Shown here in pieces: positions 58,206-64,000 of a stretch of DNA of 64,000 nucleotides. Made by a program: the position numbers and the translations under genes. Origin of the DNA: Amoebidium appalachense (Eukaryota > Protista > Ichthyosporea); assembly GCA_963693365.1 (NCBI GenBank), contig CAVNZM010000012.1:4330409-4394408 (forward strand), given 5' to 3'. A model generated the notes under the pieces. The model was not told where the DNA came from. It saw only the letters and a program-made list of their open reading frames with translations, and ran no database searches. The stretch's first letter is position 1. Each line of letters opens with the position of its first letter.

Positions 58206-58468
58206 CAAATCGTGTTGCAAATCAACCGTCCACATATGGAGTTTGTTAAGAACACCATCGATCAATCTATTGGGTAAAAAACGTACCTTTCACAGCCCAA
58301 TATGACAAAATATATGGAGTGCCCACTGACATGACCACCTTAGTGCTTCTCAGGGTTTCTACAACCTCCTAAATGTGACTAGGCAATGCAAATAGACCAG
58401 GTGTTTCCTCCCCCCCTCCTCCCCTGCCCCCCCCCCCCCCCCTCCACCCTGGGGGAAAAAAACAACAC

Positions 58469-58524
<56 letters not shown>

Positions 58525-58560
58525 GCACGCACACACGCACGCACGCACACACACACACAC

Positions 58561-58664
<104 letters not shown>

Positions 58665-58971
58665 ACTCACTCACTCACTCACGGGACTCTCCATCCCCCC
58701 CGCCCCCCTCCCTCCTCCTTCCCCCCCCCCCCCCCCCCTCTTCCCCCCTCCACCCTCCACCCCGGCCCCCGTTCTCTCCCTCCCACAGTTTTCCCCTCAA
58801 GGTTCGTTCCCTCGTAGCTAAGAAGAATGGGTGAGAACCCAGGCCAGGGAAGGGGGGAAGGAGGGGGGCAGGGGGGGGGAGGGGGTGGCGGGAAGAGGGG
58901 GGAGAAGGGGGGAGGGCGAGGTCATCAACGTTTGCATTGCGAAGGCGTGTTTGTTTGTGCGCCCATGGCCC

Positions 58972-59002
<31 letters not shown>

Positions 59003-59184
59003 CTGTTACGAGTCCAAAATGATGTGTTTGTAACTGGACGTGCTTGGGGGTGAAAGTTTGTGCTCGTGTATGATGGGCTCCAAGTTTGTATTAACGTGTG
59101 TGGGTGTAATCGTTCGTGTGTATTTGTGTTGTGTGGATGTGCGGATGTGTGCTATGAAGAATAAGAATGGATGTGTGTCGATGA

Positions 59185-59282
<98 letters not shown>

Positions 59283-59635
59283 TCGTGTGTGCCTGTGTGT
59301 GCTTGTGTGTAATATAGTATTTTTGGTTTTTGCGGATACCATGTTTATCTCGAGGGTTTTAGCTCATTTTCAGATGTTGTGAAAATAAAACTTCACACAC
59401 CGACCCTGGTTTATTGCATAGAATTTATCGTTTACTTCTAGTTAGATCAGAAGAAAAGAAGAGAAAATACATTCCTAACCTAAATCTCGAAATCATCGTT
59501 GCACATTCTGAAAAAGATCAACACATCCGCAGAACGGTTTGTTTCCGACAGCAGAAAAAAAAAAAGAAAGTCTACGAGCAACTAATTTTCAATATATCAC
59601 TAAAAAGAATTTAAATAACGTAAAACTAAATTTGG

Positions 59636-62392
59636 TTACATGAGTGGAAGGTTGGGCTGCTCCTGTGCCGCAGCATACCACGTGCCGTTAATATTAAACC
59701 GCCAATCAGACGGCCCCGATATGGGCAGATAGTAAACCAGCTGCACCATCGTGCTTGCGCCGGGGGCAACCTCCGACGGGATCTTAAACGTCACCCGATT
59801 GAAGTCGCCTTTAAGCCCCCCAACATTGTTGCTAACGGGGTTGCCTGACTCCACGACTTTAAGGCCCGCACCGGACCAATCCACCATGTTGTCGGGTGCG
59901 CTTGTGCCGTAGGAAAATGCAACCTGGCTATTGGCTGGGATAGAAACCGTCATCCGATTGGTGATGGTGGCCTTGGGGCTGATTGGGTAGTTGTTGTCCC
60001 CCAGCGCAAACTCGCCCACAGAAAATTCAATCGCAGCCGCCTTGGCCGGGATCGCAATGTTTGAGATTGTGTTGCCATAGGGGGCTGCGGCCTTAAAACC
60101 GTCGTACATGATGGAGGTGAGGGTGTCGCCGATGAAGTACTCTCCCTGCCCGGTGGCACATGCAGACTCGGACGAATCAACAACGTCGGTGCGTCTACCG
60201 GCCGTGTCCTTCTTGTAGCACGAATAGTCGCCGGCCATCTCCCAGATCATGAGCCCCCCCACGCCCTTTGAAATTACGTAGTCGACCTTGGCCTTGATTG
60301 ACTCTGCGTCCTCCGTCGAGATGAAAGTCTTCTTCTGGTCGTTCCACAGCCACGGGGCCACGGCGACGTGGTCGTAATTCCGAGCATAGGTGCCTGTGAG
60401 GGTACCGCTCGCGTTGAACCCGTAGGATGTGAGGTAAGAGCCATAGACCCCCGCCTGCAGATTCTTGGCATGCCACATGGGGTTGGAGCCAGCGCCCATC
60501 TCGTTACCATTGGCATCCACATCGTGCCAGATATTGTCGATGCCCATGGCCCCGTTGCCGCACTTGGTGGTGCCGGCAGGGCATTTCGACTGGTCGGTGA
60601 GTGCGGCAGTGCCCCACAGCCCATTGGTGCCCCCGGTGACGCCCTGCCAACCTCGGGTGTAGTATGGCACGCCAATGTTGATGCGGCCGGCAGGCATGGC
60701 GCCGCGGAAGTAGTGGTAGGACCAATCAGAATTGAGATAGCCGATGCCCTTGTACTGCCCGCCGTAGGCGCCCCACGCGATCAGCTCTGCGTCCTTGCCC
60801 GTGTGGTAGAGGGGTGCGTTGTGGCCCACATACTCGTTCCATGCGCCGTGCAGGTCATAGGTCATGAGGTTGACGTAGTCGAGGTACTGCACCACCTGCA
60901 TGGCCTCCATGCCGCGAAGGAGATAGCCCGAGGACGGGGACGCAATGGAAAGGAGATAGTGCTTGCCGTCAGCAACACCCGCAGCGTCCAGTTGCTCCCT
61001 GAGGGTGCGCATGAGCGCCATGTAGTTCTTGAACAGGTACGCACGCGCAGGGTTGCTCACGGAGAAGTCGTCGGGGTTGCCTGCGTCCTTCATGGACGTG
61101 GGGTACTCGTAGTCAATGTCGATGCCGTCCATCTGATATTTGCGCAAAAACTCGGCGCATGACCGCGCAAACCTATTGATGGCAGCGAGGTTCGGCGAGC
61201 CGTCAGAGTTGGTGGTGAGTTTGTAGTAGCCCCCATCTGCCACCCGATTGCCGTTGTCGTCAAAGTGCCCGCCGGTCTCAGCCCACCCACCAATCGAAAC
61301 GAGTGTGGAGACACCAAACCGTTTCTTGTATGTAGCGAGGGCACCCAAATGCCCGCGGACGCCCAAAGAAGGATCCACGTCCACCCCGGGCCACGTGGGG
61401 CCAACGGCTGTGTTGTTGGGGTCTGCGGTGTTGCCAACGCTCAATGTGTAGTCGCTGGCGATGTGTGCAAACGCATAGTTCACGTGTGTGATCTTGCCCC
61501 ACGGCAATTGGTTGACGAGGTACGCCGGCTGCCCGTTGGTCCCCGTGCGCCATGACGTGAAGTAGCCAATGATCCGCCGTGAGTGGTCAGCACCCATCTT
61601 CTCCCGCCCAGTCTCATCGTAGCGGGTGCAGTAGGGAACGTCCAGGCCCGTTGTGCGGTAAAGACCATCAGGACGGCATTTCTCGTGCGCATAGGTGGAG
61701 GTGGGTGTGGTGGTAGTGGTAGGAACAGGTGTGGTGGTTACAGGAGTGGTGGTTGGCCTTGTTGTTGTTGTTGTGGTGGTGGTGGTGGGGGGGGTATTGG
61801 TGGTGGTGGGGCGTGTGGTGGTGGTTTGTGTGGTAGCGGTGGTGGTGGTAGTGGTGGTGCGGGATGTGGTTGTGGTGGTTGGTGGGGCGGTAGTGGTGGT
61901 CACAGCCGTAGATGACTGGGTGCCCTTCTGGCATGAGCCCCACCATTGGCTCTGAACTATACAAACAGTGCCCGGACAGCACGAGAGTGGTGTGGTGAAA
62001 CCCTGGCCTGAACATTGGGCATATTCGGCCAGACATTGCCCTGGAGCTACTGACGTGGTGTTGGTAGTGGTGGTGGTGGTGGGTTTCGGTGAGGTGGTTG
62101 TTAGTGATGTGGTGGTGGTGGTTGCTTGCGTGGTTGTTGTGGTTGTGGTTGTGGTGGTAGGAGGAACCACTGTTGTTGTGGTGGGTTGTGCCGACGTGCT
62201 TGCACAAGAGTTCACCAACTCACAGTACGGGGCAACACAGCTCTCCGCCTGGTGGTTGACCTCGTAGTTGCTGCTGCACCATGCATCCACAATGTTGAGC
62301 GCGTTTCCTGGCACGGCACGACACGTGGTGGTACACGTGGGCGCTCCTGCTGCCAGCGCCGACGCGGCCGCGATTAGGAATATTTGCTGCAT
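59636..62392 (-). CDS. Secreted GH18 chitinase, 918 aa, intronless: signal peptide, Cys-rich domain, Thr linker, CBM1, Thr linker, bacterial-type GH18, ChiC-like C-terminal domain
   Basis: ATG at 62392 ([17 protein letters not shown]); CBM1-pattern [35 protein letters not shown]; GH18 motifs [22 protein letters not shown], catalytic [21 protein letters not shown] and GGLMIWE; C-terminal [12 protein letters not shown]...VYYLPISGP. Confidence 0.95.
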   Translation of the reverse strand: MQQIFLIAAASALAAGAPTCTTTCRAVPGNALNIVDAWCSSNYEVNHQAESCVAPYCELVNSCASTSAQPTTTTVVPPTTTTTTTTTTQATTTTTSLTTTSPKPTTTTTTNTTSVAPGQCLAEYAQCSGQGFTTPLSCCPGTVCIVQSQWWGSCQKGTQSSTAVTTTTAPPTTTTTSRTTTTTTTATTQTTTTRPTTTNTPPTTTTTTTTTRPTTTPVTTTPVPTTTTTPTSTYAHEKCRPDGLYRTTGLDVPYCTRYDETGREKMGADHSRRIIGYFTSWRTGTNGQPAYLVNQLPWGKITHVNYAFAHIASDYTLSVGNTADPNNTAVGPTWPGVDVDPSLGVRGHLGALATYKKRFGVSTLVSIGGWAETGGHFDDNGNRVADGGYYKLTTNSDGSPNLAAINRFARSCAEFLRKYQMDGIDIDYEYPTSMKDAGNPDDFSVSNPARAYLFKNYMALMRTLREQLDAAGVADGKHYLLSIASPSSGYLLRGMEAMQVVQYLDYVNLMTYDLHGAWNEYVGHNAPLYHTGKDAELIAWGAYGGQYKGIGYLNSDWSYHYFRGAMPAGRINIGVPYYTRGWQGVTGGTNGLWGTAALTDQSKCPAGTTKCGNGAMGIDNIWHDVDANGNEMGAGSNPMWHAKNLQAGVYGSYLTSYGFNASGTLTGTYARNYDHVAVAPWLWNDQKKTFISTEDAESIKAKVDYVISKGVGGLMIWEMAGDYSCYKKDTAGRRTDVVDSSESACATGQGEYFIGDTLTSIMYDGFKAAAPYGNTISNIAIPAKAAAIEFSVGEFALGDNNYPISPKATITNRMTVSIPANSQVAFSYGTSAPDNMVDWSGAGLKVVESGNPVSNNVGGLKGDFNRVTFKIPSEVAPGASTMVQLVYYLPISGPSDWRFNINGTWYAAAQEQPNLPLM

Positions 62393-64000
62393 GATTAATG
62401 AATAAATCGCTCCTATTATTTCATTCAAGTTGTTTGTCCGCAGTTTCAAGTTGGGTTTACAAACTGTGTGATCTTCGCACCAATGTCTTTATTATATACT
62501 CGCTTGTCTACCTTTGCCTTTCAATTTGATCACTTCGACCGCCAATCGGAAACGACTTTCAGTGTGTTTGTAGGTATGTGGGGATTCTCCTCAGATGCAT
62601 GCCTCACATTCCTGCGATAAAACAGGCTAGCGAGGCTCCGATTCACCGAAGCCCAAACATGTCCTAGGCATATGAATACGCAGCCATATAAGAAACAGTA
62701 TACTAATATCCATATTTATCGTCAGTGGTACGATGAGATTTTCAAATCAGGATATTGTCAGGTTGGTTACAGGACCCTCACGGTCACCTTGTTGTTGGAA
62801 TTCCCCCGAGAGTTCTGTTCTGTGACCTGATTGTGCCCCCGAGAAATTTGGGGATTTTGCTGTATACCAGAATACTTTTCGAATACTTACCTGGTTTACA
62901 CGGGCTATATTTTGGGGATACGGTGGGAGCACAGCCCCTCGTGTGCATGGGTGGCTTACTGCGTTTTCCAGCACGGCCACACACTAGACGAGGGGCACCG
63001 CTATAAGTACACCGGGTTTACAGGATATGTATAAATACACCGGATTCACAGGATATGTATACACACATAACTCACACGGGTGGAAGGCTAGATAAGAATA
63101 CTTACCTATCTACAATTCTAATATATAGCCTATGTGACACCTAATGATTTACGTGGAAAAATCATCCATGGCGCCTTTTTTATGGTTTAACTACCGTGTC
63201 GGTTTTCCGCTACCAAACTTTACAATTACAAGGCCAAACCCAACTCTTGTCACAACCCGTCGTCTGGCCGAGATATCTAACGTTTTTTTTTTCTTCCAAA
63301 TTTCAGCTGCATAATCAATTGGTTATACTACTAGAGTCCGCTTTAAAGCCCTAGATGTTGTTCTAACTGTTTGCTATGTCCCTTTTACGAGATTTTTTTG
63401 CTATATGTTATTTTCTTAGTGCAAGTATTTCAACTAAGTTTCTCTTAGTAAAAAAATGCCTTTGGGCGTTGTGTTCCAAAACAACACAGTTTTCGGGGAT
63501 GCAGCATGCTCAATTGCTCATGCAGCGCAATCACCAATCAAAAGATGGATCGGTTTCTCAAGAATGTATAGTTACATACTTGACCAAAGGTTTCACCAGC
63601 TTTTATTAAACCAATCACATCGAAGCGTTTCATTTGTCTTCACATGTACAAAGGATGTGAAATTCTCCATTTGCTAATAATTATTATTGTGTAAGTTTAG
63701 CAGCTTAACTTTTTAAGAGGGGGTTTTTAAATAAGATATATAATTGAATATATTGAGATCCTGGTTGAAAAGTTGCTGGACCTAACCTTAGAATTAGGGA
63801 GACTTTTCTGGGTCTGAGGGACTGAGGCCATATGCCGTTTCACAGCCTACAGCCAAACAGTTCACACAGCGCCATGCATCATGCATATGCATGCAGGGTG
63901 CACAAGGGGTCACCATATGGATATCTGGAAATTTACCGCAGGCATGCGCAACTGACAGTTTTTGGTGGTGGATGGTGGGGGAGGAAGGGGGGGGGGGGGG

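Noticed and set aside
60368-62377. Long overlapping ORFs on other frames of the chitinase
   Set aside because: A by-product of high GC at third codon positions and Thr-codon repeats.
62393-62449. 19-aa N-terminal extension of the chitinase in the ORF track
   Set aside because: It starts at TTG; the ATG at 62392 directly opens a proper signal peptide.
62973-63270. Possible inverted-repeat element with a short tandem duplication near 63010-63060
   Set aside because: The inverted match is too short and gapped, and no TSD is visible.

Overview
Eukaryotic, intron-dense genomic window; probably an opisthokont, but the taxon cannot be fixed from sequence alone. Introns are packed with C/G homopolymers and (CA)n/(GA)n microsatellites, so almost all entries in the ORF track are low-complexity artefacts. 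Reading splice sites by hand gives: (1) a 17-exon NOC3 ribosome-biogenesis gene on the minus strand that runs off the window start; (2) a 4-exon HD-superfamily phosphohydrolase on the minus strand; (3) a divergently transcribed 29-exon cohesin STAG/Scc3 gene (~1311 aa) with E2F-type promoter sites and a probable GC-AG intron; (4) a frameshifted multi-exon pseudogene with a Thr-rich linker; (5) a small intronless orphan ORF; (6) an intronless 918-aa secreted chitinase that fuses a eukaryotic CBM1 to a bacterial-type GH18 + ChiC module, likely horizontally acquired. Non-coding content includes a Mutator-like MITE (3 copies, 9-bp TSDs), a piggyBac-like MITE and a 29-bp minisatellite. It also includes recurrent intronic duplications of exon/intron junctions, and an interspersed family (~8 copies) with one fixed end always abutting a poly(C)/poly(G) tract and a variably truncated other end. 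All coordinates were counted by eye; no database searches were run.
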